Origin: a virus
Taxonomy: Duplodnaviria > Caudoviricetes
IMG/VR virus record: IMGVR_UViG_3300030376_006694
Coordinates: 1 to 43,305 of that record
Length of the DNA: 43,305 nt
Reading direction: 5' to 3' (one strand)
Both the position numbers and the translations under genes were made by a program. Positions 8,076 through 15,617 of this stretch are shown piece after piece. The notes below the pieces were generated by a model. The model was not told the DNA's origin. It did not search any database and was given only the letters and a program-made list of their open reading frames with translations. Positions within the stretch are counted from its first letter, which is position 1. Every line of letters starts with the position of its first letter.

Positions 8076-8109
8076 TGCACATCCCCTTGTAGATTAGTGT
8101 GATAATTTA

Positions 8110-8349
8110 TCATTCCTCCTCCTTCTTGTCAAGTTTTTTCTCAGCTTTTTTCTTGTTGTTTTCTGTTATCTTTTTAATATGCTCCTCAAACCCCTCTATA
8201 TCTCCGTTGTACATAATGTACTCATTTATAGTGTTCATCGTTAGATTTACATGATGACCAACTCTTTGAAGTTCGTTAACAATCATCTTTTCCATTGCTA
8301 ATATCCTGTCTTCAGCTTTTTTTATTCTTGATTTTTTTTGTTTCGGCAT
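8110..8349 (-). CDS. Hypothetical protein
   Basis: 79-aa ORF with AAGGAG RBS. Confidence 0.65.
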   Translation of the reverse strand: MPKQKKSRIKKAEDRILAMEKMIVNELQRVGHHVNLTMNTINEYIMYNGDIEGFEEHIKKITENNKKKAEKKLDKKEEE

Positions 8350-8507
8350 TATTTCTCTCCTTGTGTTTTGCTTTCCCTCATTACTTCTAACATTTTTTCA
8401 AAGTGTGGTAAATTATTCCAATCCCATTTTTTGTCCCTATATTTATCTCTTTGTTCATTGTTTACCACATGTAAAAAATCCTCTATAATTCCCTTTACTT
8501 GCCCCAT
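8349..8507 (-). CDS. Hypothetical protein (52 aa, MGQVKGIIEDFL...)
   Basis: Fills the gap, with RBS and TAATG coupling. Confidence 0.55.
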   Translation of the reverse strand: MGQVKGIIEDFLHVVNNEQRDKYRDKKWDWNNLPHFEKMLEVMRESKTQGEK

Positions 8508-8747
8508 TTATTTCTCCTTTTTATTTAACTTGTCAGTAAAACGATTCATTGCATCATCCCTATCTTTTAATATATCTTCGATACTTGGCTCTTCTTCATC
8601 TATATCTTCGCCTTGAAATAAGTTTATTTTAATAATTACATTGTCATCTTCTTCTGTTGGAAAATTCCAATTAAACTCCCTACCTCTTTGCAAGTCATAT
8701 ATATCTTCTTCGGATAGATTGACTTTAATGCTGTATTCTTTCATCAC
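8508..8747 (-). CDS. Acidic hypothetical protein
   Basis: 79-aa ORF with GGAGG RBS. Confidence 0.65.
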   Translation of the reverse strand: MMKEYSIKVNLSEEDIYDLQRGREFNWNFPTEEDDNVIIKINLFQGEDIDEEEPSIEDILKDRDDAMNRFTDKLNKKEK

Positions 8748-8944
8748 TCCTCCTCTGGTTTAATTACGCTCATGTAATAACAAATATCTTCCCACCTATC
8801 TTCAGAATCTGAAATATTTTCTTTAATCTCAAACTTATCTGATTCTGGATTAAGTGCTTGAAGTATATCAAATAACCTTTCCCAATCTGTTCTAAGGTCT
8901 ATTTTTATAGGCAAATCTGCAATGCTTTCTTTTTTATACATCAC
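8744..8944 (-). CDS. Hypothetical protein
   Basis: 66-aa ORF with GGAGG RBS. Confidence 0.6.
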   Translation of the reverse strand: MMYKKESIADLPIKIDLRTDWERLFDILQALNPESDKFEIKENISDSEDRWEDICYYMSVIKPEEE

Positions 8945-9087
8945 TCCTCCTTTTCCTTTATAATTATTTTAACTTTATTCCCTAATGAAGCTAATATTCT
9001 ACTTTCTAACTCATTAGCCATTTCGTCAAAATCATACTTACCATTTATTTGATAGTAAATTGGTAGGACTATAAAATTATCTTCCAT
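8941..9087 (-). CDS. Hypothetical protein (48 aa, MEDNFIVLPIYY...)
   Basis: Coupled overlaps on both sides. Confidence 0.55.
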   Translation of the reverse strand: MEDNFIVLPIYYQINGKYDFDEMANELESRILASLGNKVKIIIKEKEE

Positions 9088-9290
9088 TACTCCTCCTCTA
9101 TTTTAACTTTAGGAATATCCTTTGCATCATATATTTGAAGAAAAATCTCCACTATATCTGCATCGCTATCATATTTATATCCGTTTAGTCCATAGTATAG
9201 AATACTTTCTATTTGACTTATAGACATGTTTTCTGCCTCTCGCCGTGCAACCATTTGCTTCATTTTCTCATAATCTGGTTTTCTACTCAT
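9087..9290 (-). CDS. Hypothetical protein (MSRKPDYEK...)
   Basis: Likely start 9290 with GAGGAGG RBS and TAATG coupling. Confidence 0.6.
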   Translation of the reverse strand: MSRKPDYEKMKQMVARREAENMSISQIESILYYGLNGYKYDSDADIVEIFLQIYDAKDIPKVKIEEE

Positions 9291-9463
9291 TAATCTACCC
9301 TCCTCATTACTATCCAATCGCCTATATAGAATACGTGGTTGATTACTTTGTTGTATACTTGGTCATCTTTTAACTCGCCGTCTTCAAATAAATCCTCGTC
9401 TTCTAAGACCTCGTATCTGCCCGTATTTAGTTTAGATGTGTATTGATAATCATTATTACTCAT
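9290..9463 (-). CDS. Acidic hypothetical protein (57 aa, MSNNDYQY...)
   Basis: AAGGAG RBS; absent from the ORF track. Confidence 0.55.
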   Translation of the reverse strand: MSNNDYQYTSKLNTGRYEVLEDEDLFEDGELKDDQVYNKVINHVFYIGDWIVMRRVD

Positions 9464-9601
9464 TTGTTTTTCTCCTTTTCTAGTTTCTCTCTAAATGTTT
9501 CATACATTCCCTCTGCCCAAGTCTTAGTATATGAATTACTAGATTTCGCTTTTTTCTTCCAATATCTTACCATATCCCTAAGATATGAGATATGCTTTCG
9601 C

Positions 9602-9805
9602 TTACCCATTTAGTTTGTACTCGGCATACCTTTCTTTGCCTTGTTTGTTTAGGTTTACAATGTTCATATCGTCTTCGTGCCTTAATGTGTGTATAATTGC
9701 ACCAAGCCTCATTCCCATATCATTTTTTAGAGCCTCTAAAGGTGTTAATGTTTTACCAGACTTTAACCATTTTGAAACTCTATCCTTTTGTGTTTCTTTT
9801 TTCAT
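9602..9805 (-). CDS. Small winged-HTH DNA-binding protein
   Basis: TQKDRV..WLKSGKTLTPLEAL....RLGAIIHTLR...YAEY; likely start MKKETQ with AAGGAG RBS. Confidence 0.7.
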   Translation of the reverse strand: MKKETQKDRVSKWLKSGKTLTPLEALKNDMGMRLGAIIHTLRHEDDMNIVNLNKQGKERYAEYKLNG

Positions 9806-9946
9806 TGTTTCTCCTTTGTTTTTGGTATTCATAACGTTGTCTTTTATGGACCATTTTTATTGTTATGTGTGTGTAGTCATCTACTTTAAGATTCTTTCCT
9901 AAATGCAGGTCTTTTCGTGTTATATAGTCTATATATTCTGTTGCTC

Positions 9947-10102
9947 TCACTTCTTCTCCTCATCTCTCATTGCTAATTTCATTAATGCTATACCAAGAGC
10001 ATTTTCTAGAGCATTCGTTGATATGTTTTTATTTTTTCTTTTTTCTAGTTCTTTCTCTTGATTTTTCTTTATGTTTTTTATTTCTTTATCTAAGTCAAAC
10101 AT
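9947..10102 (-). CDS. Basic hypothetical protein (51 aa, MFDLDKEIK...)
   Basis: AGGAGGT RBS. Confidence 0.5.
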   Translation of the reverse strand: MFDLDKEIKNIKKNQEKELEKRKNKNISTNALENALGIALMKLAMRDEEKK

Positions 10103-10111
10103 ATTTACCTC

Positions 10112-10429
10112 CTAGTTATATTTTAGTTCTACATTGAAAGGCTCTACATTATTGCCCAAATCAAAGTTTTCCATAAAGTTCTTGATTCCATACCAATCCT
10201 CATCATCTACTGGAAATAAGCTATACTCATCATCGCTTTTATCGTGATTCCAATAACGTATTTCATCATAATCAACCTCAACATCTATGTCATCGAGTTC
10301 TATACTAGTCATATCTTCTATTTCACTCTTTATTGCACGTCTTAATGCTAGTGCGATTGGGCAATTACACGGGTCTTTTCTTGTTCCTTGCCTTATATCA
10401 TCTTTAGTTACTTCAACTATAATACTCAT
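10112..10429 (-). CDS. Acidic hypothetical protein (DPCNCPIALAL)
   Basis: 105-aa ORF with GGAGG RBS. Confidence 0.7.
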   Translation of the reverse strand: MSIIVEVTKDDIRQGTRKDPCNCPIALALRRAIKSEIEDMTSIELDDIDVEVDYDEIRYWNHDKSDDEYSLFPVDDEDWYGIKNFMENFDLGNNVEPFNVELKYN

Positions 10430-10569
10430 TTGCTTTCCTCCATTTTTTGTTCTTCAATTACATTATCCCAACATTCTTCGCACCAACCTCTTTCAAAATT
10501 CCCATTATAGTCGTGTAGAGCCATACTAAGATTAGTATCATCGCATCTACAACATTTTCGCCTACTCAT
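10426..10569 (-). CDS. Small Zn-finger protein (47 aa, CCRC...CEEC)
   Basis: AAGGAG RBS and ATGA coupling. Confidence 0.55.
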   Translation of the reverse strand: MSRRKCCRCDDTNLSMALHDYNGNFERGWCEECWDNVIEEQKMEESK

Positions 10570-10857
10570 TTACTTTTCTCCTTTTATTTTTAATGCTTTA
10601 TTTATTTGGCTATGTATTATATCTTGCAAAATAAATTCATCATCTTGTTCATAATATTTAGAATCTAGTAAGTTGTGTTCAAACATTTCATCAACACATC
10701 TTATTGCAATATTCCTTGTATTGTCATTATCTAAACCCCTTAATTGGTCATATAAACCAATAAATTTATCTAGTAACTTTAAATACTCTTCTTGCCCATC
10801 TCCAGTTAGTATGTTCTCGATATTCGTCATTTCATCTGCTATTTCTTGCCTATTCAT
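10570..10857 (-). CDS. Hypothetical protein
   Basis: 95-aa ORF with AAGGAG RBS. Confidence 0.65.
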   Translation of the reverse strand: MNRQEIADEMTNIENILTGDGQEEYLKLLDKFIGLYDQLRGLDNDNTRNIAIRCVDEMFEHNLLDSKYYEQDDEFILQDIIHSQINKALKIKGEK

Positions 10858-11000
10858 TTACTTTTCTCCTTTCTGTAAGATTTACTTTGTTTTGATTGTT
10901 CTGATTCATATTCAGAGCCAATCAGTGAAGCTACTGCCCAACCATTAGGAGTGGAATTATATTTCTTCCTCCAATATGCAACTCTTCTCCATATACTCAT
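10854..11000 (-). CDS. Hypothetical protein (48 aa, MSIWRRVAYWRKKY...)
   Basis: ATGA overlaps on both sides. Confidence 0.5.
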   Translation of the reverse strand: MSIWRRVAYWRKKYNSTPNGWAVASLIGSEYESEQSKQSKSYRKEKSK

Positions 11001-11419
11001 TTACTTTTTACCCAATAGCTGTTAGCTTTCCACTCTCTGCAATCCCAAGTGTCGTTTAAGTTGCCGTCTACCAATGTTGTTAAATGTTTACAAGTGTGGA
11101 TAATAACATTTTGCCCTTGAAAAAATTTAGCGATGTTTTTGACTTTATATTTTTTGTTACCATTTTTAAGTGGCGATTTCCTTGTCCAACCTTTACTTTC
11201 TAAATACAACCGATAGGTCTTTCTGTCGTTAGGCATAAACCCAATCTCTTTCGCTACCTCAAACAAACCATCTCTCACTTCTAGATAATCTTGTTCGGTT
11301 GCTATTGCTATCGCTCTAACAACACAATCACTTGCTCTGTCTTTTTTTAGCTTAGTGGGGTAATACTTTTCTCTACCGCCGTGATTTTTAATATATTTCA
11401 TTTTTAACTCCTTTGTCAT
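10997..11419 (-). CDS. Putative papain-fold (C39-like) Cys-His-Asp protein
   Basis: DCVVRAIAIAT ... KHLT ... DTWD. Confidence 0.55.
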   Translation of the reverse strand: MTKELKMKYIKNHGGREKYYPTKLKKDRASDCVVRAIAIATEQDYLEVRDGLFEVAKEIGFMPNDRKTYRLYLESKGWTRKSPLKNGNKKYKVKNIAKFFQGQNVIIHTCKHLTTLVDGNLNDTWDCREWKANSYWVKSK

Positions 11420-11433
11420 TTTAACTGCAATAC

Positions 11434-11466
11434 ATATTACAATACTATAATACTTAAATGCAACAC
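11434..11466 (-). promoter_or_regulatory. Sigma70-like early promoter
   Basis: GTG-TTGCAT (11458-63), 18 nt spacer, TAATAT (11434-39). Confidence 0.55.
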
Positions 11467-11492
11467 ATTTCTACTTTATAGAGGAGAAATAG

Positions 11493-11717
11493 TTACTTTT
11501 TATCCCAAAACCAATCAAATGATTCGTAGTATTTGTTGTTAAATTCCTTATTATCACTTATTTTGTTGCCTTTTTTTTCTTTATATTCTATAAAACAATC
11601 TTCGCAATAATCAGCATGAATATTTTTTCTAATATAAATTACCTCACTATCGCATAACTCATCATTGCATTTATCGCAATGTATTTCTATATATCCACTA
11701 TCTAGATGTTTTATCAT
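11493..11717 (-). CDS. Small Zn-finger protein
   Basis: CDKC...CEDC. Confidence 0.65.
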   Translation of the reverse strand: MIKHLDSGYIEIHCDKCNDELCDSEVIYIRKNIHADYCEDCFIEYKEKKGNKISDNKEFNNKYYESFDWFWDKK

Positions 11718-11956
11718 TTTGCTAGTCCTCTTTTTAGTTTATTAACACTCTTCCTATATAAACATTCCATTTTTGTTTTTTCTGCTTCAATCTTATTGAC
11801 TACCTTATCGATTTTAGTATTCCACTCATCCTCGAACTTTTGTACTAATATTGCTCTTTCTTGGTATGTAAGAATATTTTCATCTTCTTCAAAATTGTAT
11901 ATTCCATAATACATACAGATGACATCTATCTCTGATTCTGACCACGCTATCTCCAT
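11714..11956 (-). CDS. Hypothetical protein
   Basis: 80-aa ORF with GGGAG RBS. Confidence 0.6.
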   Translation of the reverse strand: MEIAWSESEIDVICMYYGIYNFEEDENILTYQERAILVQKFEDEWNTKIDKVVNKIEAEKTKMECLYRKSVNKLKRGLAK

Positions 11957-11957
11957 T

Positions 11958-12101
11958 TTATTTTCTCCCTTTTATTAAATTCTCTTTTTTAGCTTGTTTT
12001 ACTTTATCCCAATGTTCATAGTCTACAAAACCATATTCTTTCTTAATTCTGCCGTTTTTGGCTATTGTAACGTTATTCCATATCTTTTTAGCTAAGTTCA
12101 T
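11958..12101 (-). CDS. Hypothetical protein (47 aa, MNLAKKIW...)
   Basis: ATGA coupling and AGGAG RBS. Confidence 0.5.
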   Translation of the reverse strand: MNLAKKIWNNVTIAKNGRIKKEYGFVDYEHWDKVKQAKKENLIKGRK

Positions 12102-12265
12102 TGATATAATCTCCTATATTTTTCAATTTCTTTTTCAGTTCCTCTGACCATTGTTACATTTGGATTAAAAAACCCGTTATATATACAAGTCCATCCTTTA
12201 TTTTGATACATTTCAGCTTTTTTCATTCCCTCTAAGCTATCAATATTAATCAATTTCTTTTTCAT
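12098..12265 (-). CDS. Hypothetical protein (MKKKLINIDSLEGMKKAE...)
   Basis: Likely start 12265 with GAGG RBS. Confidence 0.55.
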   Translation of the reverse strand: MKKKLINIDSLEGMKKAEMYQNKGWTCIYNGFFNPNVTMVRGTEKEIEKYRRLYQ

Positions 12266-12266
12266 C

Positions 12267-12482
12267 TTAAAACCTCTCTTCTTTTGTGTAGCCGTACTCA
12301 TTAGCTACGTAATTTATATGTTTACTTGTTGTTACAGAATACCATTTTTTTACTATGATTCTTCTATTTTCGTGGTCTATCTGTGCTACGTTGGTTAAAT
12401 AGCTGAATATATTATCATCACTTACCAATAAATTCTCTTTATATTTATCCATTTTTTCTAGGTTGTTTAATTCTACTTTCAT
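12267..12482 (-). CDS. Hypothetical early protein (SYLTNVA...WYSVTTSKHINY)
   Basis: Motif typical of small phage early proteins; AGGAG RBS. Confidence 0.7.
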   Translation of the reverse strand: MKVELNNLEKMDKYKENLLVSDDNIFSYLTNVAQIDHENRRIIVKKWYSVTTSKHINYVANEYGYTKEERF

Positions 12483-12509
12483 TTTATTTATCTCCTATTT
12501 ATTTATTAA

Positions 12510-12737
12510 TTAATCTGCCCAAGCTTCTAAAGCTAATTTGCATTCTTTTATAGTTGGTACCCAAAAACAATGAGCTTCCAATTCAAAAAAATCAAATTCT
12601 TTATCATGAATCATTTCATCTACATCATACCCATTTGAAACACAATGATTAGAGCATCTAAAATAAGTTGTTTCACCATCTCGTTTCATTGAGAATATTT
12701 TATAACCTTTGAAATTTTCTATTGTTTTGACTTTCAT
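12510..12737 (-). CDS. Hypothetical protein (MKVKTIENFKGY...)
   Basis: Start 12737 with GGAG RBS. Confidence 0.6.
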   Translation of the reverse strand: MKVKTIENFKGYKIFSMKRDGETTYFRCSNHCVSNGYDVDEMIHDKEFDFFELEAHCFWVPTIKECKLALEAWAD

Positions 12738-12742
12738 TTTAT

Positions 12743-12925
12743 TTATCTCCATTTATAATTTTTATTAATATGATTTTGTAATAGATTCCAATAATTAACA
12801 TCTGCAACAAATATTGATTTTTCGCCCAATATATATTCATCTGCTATTTCGTTCGCACATACAATATCTCCACAATCACCTAAATCTCTTAAATTACCTT
12901 TATCAGTTAATGCTAAATATTTCAT
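12743..12925 (-). CDS. Hypothetical protein
   Basis: 60-aa ORF with GGAGG RBS. Confidence 0.6.
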   Translation of the reverse strand: MKYLALTDKGNLRDLGDCGDIVCANEIADEYILGEKSIFVADVNYWNLLQNHINKNYKWR

Positions 12926-12926
12926 T

Positions 12927-13106
12927 TTATTCTTCCTCCATTTCTGTAATTTGTTCTAAGCTTCTATATCCGGTACGGCTATACAATATAGATTCTAAGC
13001 TATCTAAATTAGTCCCATTTATTGAGCAAACAAGAGATATTTCATCTTCTGTTGCTATCTGTAACTCTGTTAAATAATCGTATAATTCTTCTATTTCTTT
13101 ATCCAT
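12927..13106 (-). CDS. Acidic hypothetical protein (59 aa, MDKEIEELYDYL...RTGYRSLEQ)
   Basis: AGGAG RBS; absent from the ORF track. Confidence 0.65.
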   Translation of the reverse strand: MDKEIEELYDYLTELQIATEDEISLVCSINGTNLDSLESILYSRTGYRSLEQITEMEEE

Positions 13107-13129
13107 TTTTCTATTCTCCTATTTATTAT

Positions 13130-13432
13130 TTATATTTGATTAATTTCTTTTATATCTACTATTCTTAACTCTAACAATCCATCATCTCCAGAAATCCAAA
13201 TTGTTGGAAATTGGCTGTATTCATCCACATACACGTCATATCCCTCATAAATACTAATTTGTTCAATATCTTTTTTTATAATATCAGTCCAAAATGGCTT
13301 TGTGTTTTTATTGTATCTTAATACGTTAGAGTTCCAAACATCTTTTTTAATTTTACTTGCTATCAATTCTATGTCATCCAAGTTAGTTCTGCATAGAACT
13401 TGATTGTTTTTTTCTTTTATAATTAGCTTCAT
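13130..13432 (-). CDS. First early ORF, hypothetical (MKLIIKEK...)
   Basis: ATG at 13432 with GAGGG upstream. Confidence 0.6.
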   Translation of the reverse strand: MKLIIKEKNNQVLCRTNLDDIELIASKIKKDVWNSNVLRYNKNTKPFWTDIIKKDIEQISIYEGYDVYVDEYSQFPTIWISGDDGLLELRIVDIKEINQI

Positions 13433-13446
13433 TATTTGCCCTCGTT

Positions 13447-13522
13447 TGGTTAGCACCTAGAGAAGGAGTCGAACCCTCATAAAACAACCCTAGAATATAA
13501 ATATTCCGTTTATTACTAGGTG
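13447..13522 (-). ncRNA. tRNA-like element (acceptor stem plus T-arm, no recognisable D-arm or anticodon)
   Basis: CACCTAG/CTAGGTG stem, GAGGG-TTCGACT-CCTTC T-arm, trailing CTAACCA. Confidence 0.55.
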
Positions 13523-13892
13523 TATGTTCTTAGTCGTTGTTATCAATAACCCACTTAAACGCCACCCTCAAAAACTAGGTTTCAAAGGCTAAGTTTATAT
13601 AATTGCACGTTGTGTATTATATTTAATTTGTCATAGTGTCCATCAAAAAGAACCCCTCTCGGATATTTTAAATACCCTTTAGCTCGGTTTCCCTCCGAAC
13701 GTGCCTCAAATCTACTACGTTTTTTCTATCCTTGGTGAGTGGTGATACAGTTTTGAGATATACTCTAAACCTTCTATTTCGTATAGTTATAAAGCCTAGC
13801 CTTATCCACTACACACGAAACAATAATTTCTCACTACTCATTTATCCAATTAAATCTATTCAATAGAAATAACCTTCAATTGTGTTGGTCTA

Positions 13893-13961
13893 TGTCAAAA
13901 AGCGTTAGCCGTATTTCTTGGCTACCATACGTTAAGACACTAGCCCTACCAATTGCAACAC
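13893..13961 (-). promoter_or_regulatory. Early promoter followed by a hairpin and boxA-like antitermination site
   Basis: GTG-TTGCAA (13953-58), 18 nt, TAACGT (13929-34); hairpin TAGCC-N9-GGCTA (13906-24); CGCTTTTTGACA (13893-904). Confidence 0.55.
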
Positions 13962-14194
13962 TTATTTGTAATACATTAAAATAATTAAGGAATATTTGAC
14001 AATAAATAGGCACGTACACGCGTAGGAGGTTCTCGACGAGAGATTGCAAACGCGAACTCAACGTGGTTCCCGTACGCGAACGGAGCATCGAGGGGGGTGG
14101 TCCTATATATATTGCCCACCATCCATTTTTTACACTATTTTTGAAAAGAGGTACTCAACGAGTTGCTAGTTGTTTGGGACTTGCATTTGATTAT

Positions 14195-14583
14195 TAGGAG
14201 AGAGGGGGCTAAATATTATTTTATACTACATTTGACAAAGGGATGTATTACCTAGCCCCCCAGCGGAGTTTTATTTAAAATACTATACTTTTCGTATGTG
14301 TCTGGTGGATGTTTGAGCTTAAATTGGATAGAGACATCCTTACCCCTTATTATAAGTAAGGACGCGTCTCTTTTCCTTTTCATGTGCCTGGAGCCATGTT
14401 TATCGCTTTAGGATATACTACTTAAGTATATTTAGTAGTAATGGACAGTTTTCATTATTGTATATACACAGTGAAACTACCTTGACTGCCTTCGACCTGG
14501 TAATCCGCTTTGTTTCATCCCCTTTTAGTAGCGGCTTTTAAAGACTGTATGCTAAAAGTATTGAACCAACCCATACAGCGCAC
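14195..14583 (-). ncRNA. Candidate large structured non-coding RNA
   Basis: No ORF of 60 aa or more; several helices, some needing G-U pairs that favour the minus strand; promoter TTGGAA-18-TAAGTT with extended TG at 14588-14617. Confidence 0.55.
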
Positions 14584-14638
14584 TAGTAACTTAACATAAT
14601 TATCTATTAAGTTCCAAGAATTTTGTGTATATTAATAT

Positions 14639-15481
14639 GTGGAAGTAAAATGTAGAAATAAAACATTTAATGTATATTCCTTAGAAGAAGCAGAAGAATT
14701 AGGAATAAACCCGATAAAAAAGTGGCGAGAAGCCCAAGTTGATGATTGGGTAGAAACGTGCGATGAGAAAGTTCTACAAGTTATAGGTAGAAGGACTGAA
14801 AATAAAAAAGGTCGCAAGCCTGTAGATATTATTAGAATTGGGTACGGAGAAGTGCCATGCTATAAAAAACATATATATGCGCATCAATACCCAGATTATA
14901 ATTATGATAATATGTTTGAATACAATCTTGTTCGTGACCTAAAGCCTACTTCACTACAAGCAGATTTTGCTCGTAAGCTTGCTAAACATGGCAAATTAGA
15001 CAAACAAAACGATTTTACGAAGGAAAGCCTTATCGACACATATCAAACTGTATATGAAGATAATAATCCAAACACATCGTTAAAACGAGCAAGAAGAATA
15101 TTAACAAAGAAAAGCGTTAGGAGGATGATGAGCGAGTTAATGAAAGATAGATTAGAGAATGTTGGCCTAGATGATGATTATATTGCGGCGGAATACAAAG
15201 AATTTATCGATAATAAGAAAATACCACCAAATGTTCGCTTAAATGCTTTAAATAGAGTAAGCACATTACGTGGCCATGATGATAAGAAGGTTGAGTCGCT
15301 CGAAGGTAGTACAATGATTCAGCTAGAAGACGGAGACAAAAAGCTATTAGCTGTTGCTAGGAAAATGCTGTCAGCAGACGAAATAGATAAATTCCTTGAA
15401 CAAGGAGAAATAAATGGAATTAACAAGCAACAATCACCCAGAGAAGGAGATAGAAGTAAGCCTAGACGTGGAAAGCGGTAA
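14639..15481 (+). CDS. terS: Putative terminase small subunit
   Basis: Position upstream of terL; SLKRARRILTKKSV and VRLNALNRV helical motifs. Confidence 0.55.
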   Translation: MEVKCRNKTFNVYSLEEAEELGINPIKKWREAQVDDWVETCDEKVLQVIGRRTENKKGRKPVDIIRIGYGEVPCYKKHIYAHQYPDYNYDNMFEYNLVRDLKPTSLQADFARKLAKHGKLDKQNDFTKESLIDTYQTVYEDNNPNTSLKRARRILTKKSVRRMMSELMKDRLENVGLDDDYIAAEYKEFIDNKKIPPNVRLNALNRVSTLRGHDDKKVESLEGSTMIQLEDGDKKLLAVARKMLSADEIDKFLEQGEINGINKQQSPREGDRSKPRRGKR

Positions 15482-15617
15482 TTTATATGTAGGAAGCTCT
15501 TGTTATGAGCTAGAAGATGATGTATTAGATGTCATTGATTCTTTAATGACCGAATTAAACGTATTGGAACTAGCATTATATCACAATGTAGGTTCTAGCA
15601 TGAACGCTAAATCATGA
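15414..15617 (+). CDS. Acidic hypothetical protein
   Basis: AAGGAG RBS; ATGA coupling to terL. Confidence 0.6.
   Translation: MELTSNNHPEKEIEVSLDVESGNLYVGSSCYELEDDVLDVIDSLMTELNVLELALYHNVGSSMNAKS

Noticed and set aside
13447-13480. attP core made of a tRNA 3' half, or a functional tRNA gene
   Set aside because: No integrase was recognised in the genome, and the missing D-arm and anticodon loop prevent a tRNA isotype call.
6696-13975. TGYAWTACA operator-like motif at 6696, 11426 and 13967
   Set aside because: The 6696 copy lies inside a Zn-ribbon ORF, and two degenerate AT-rich 9-mers are too weak to call an operator.
13996-14001. Perfect TTGACA on the plus strand
   Set aside because: No -10 element follows at 16-18 nt spacing.
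13876-14088. 70-aa minus-strand ORF in the non-coding hub
   Set aside because: It has no RBS, has atypical composition, and overlaps the promoter, boxA-like site and CpG island.
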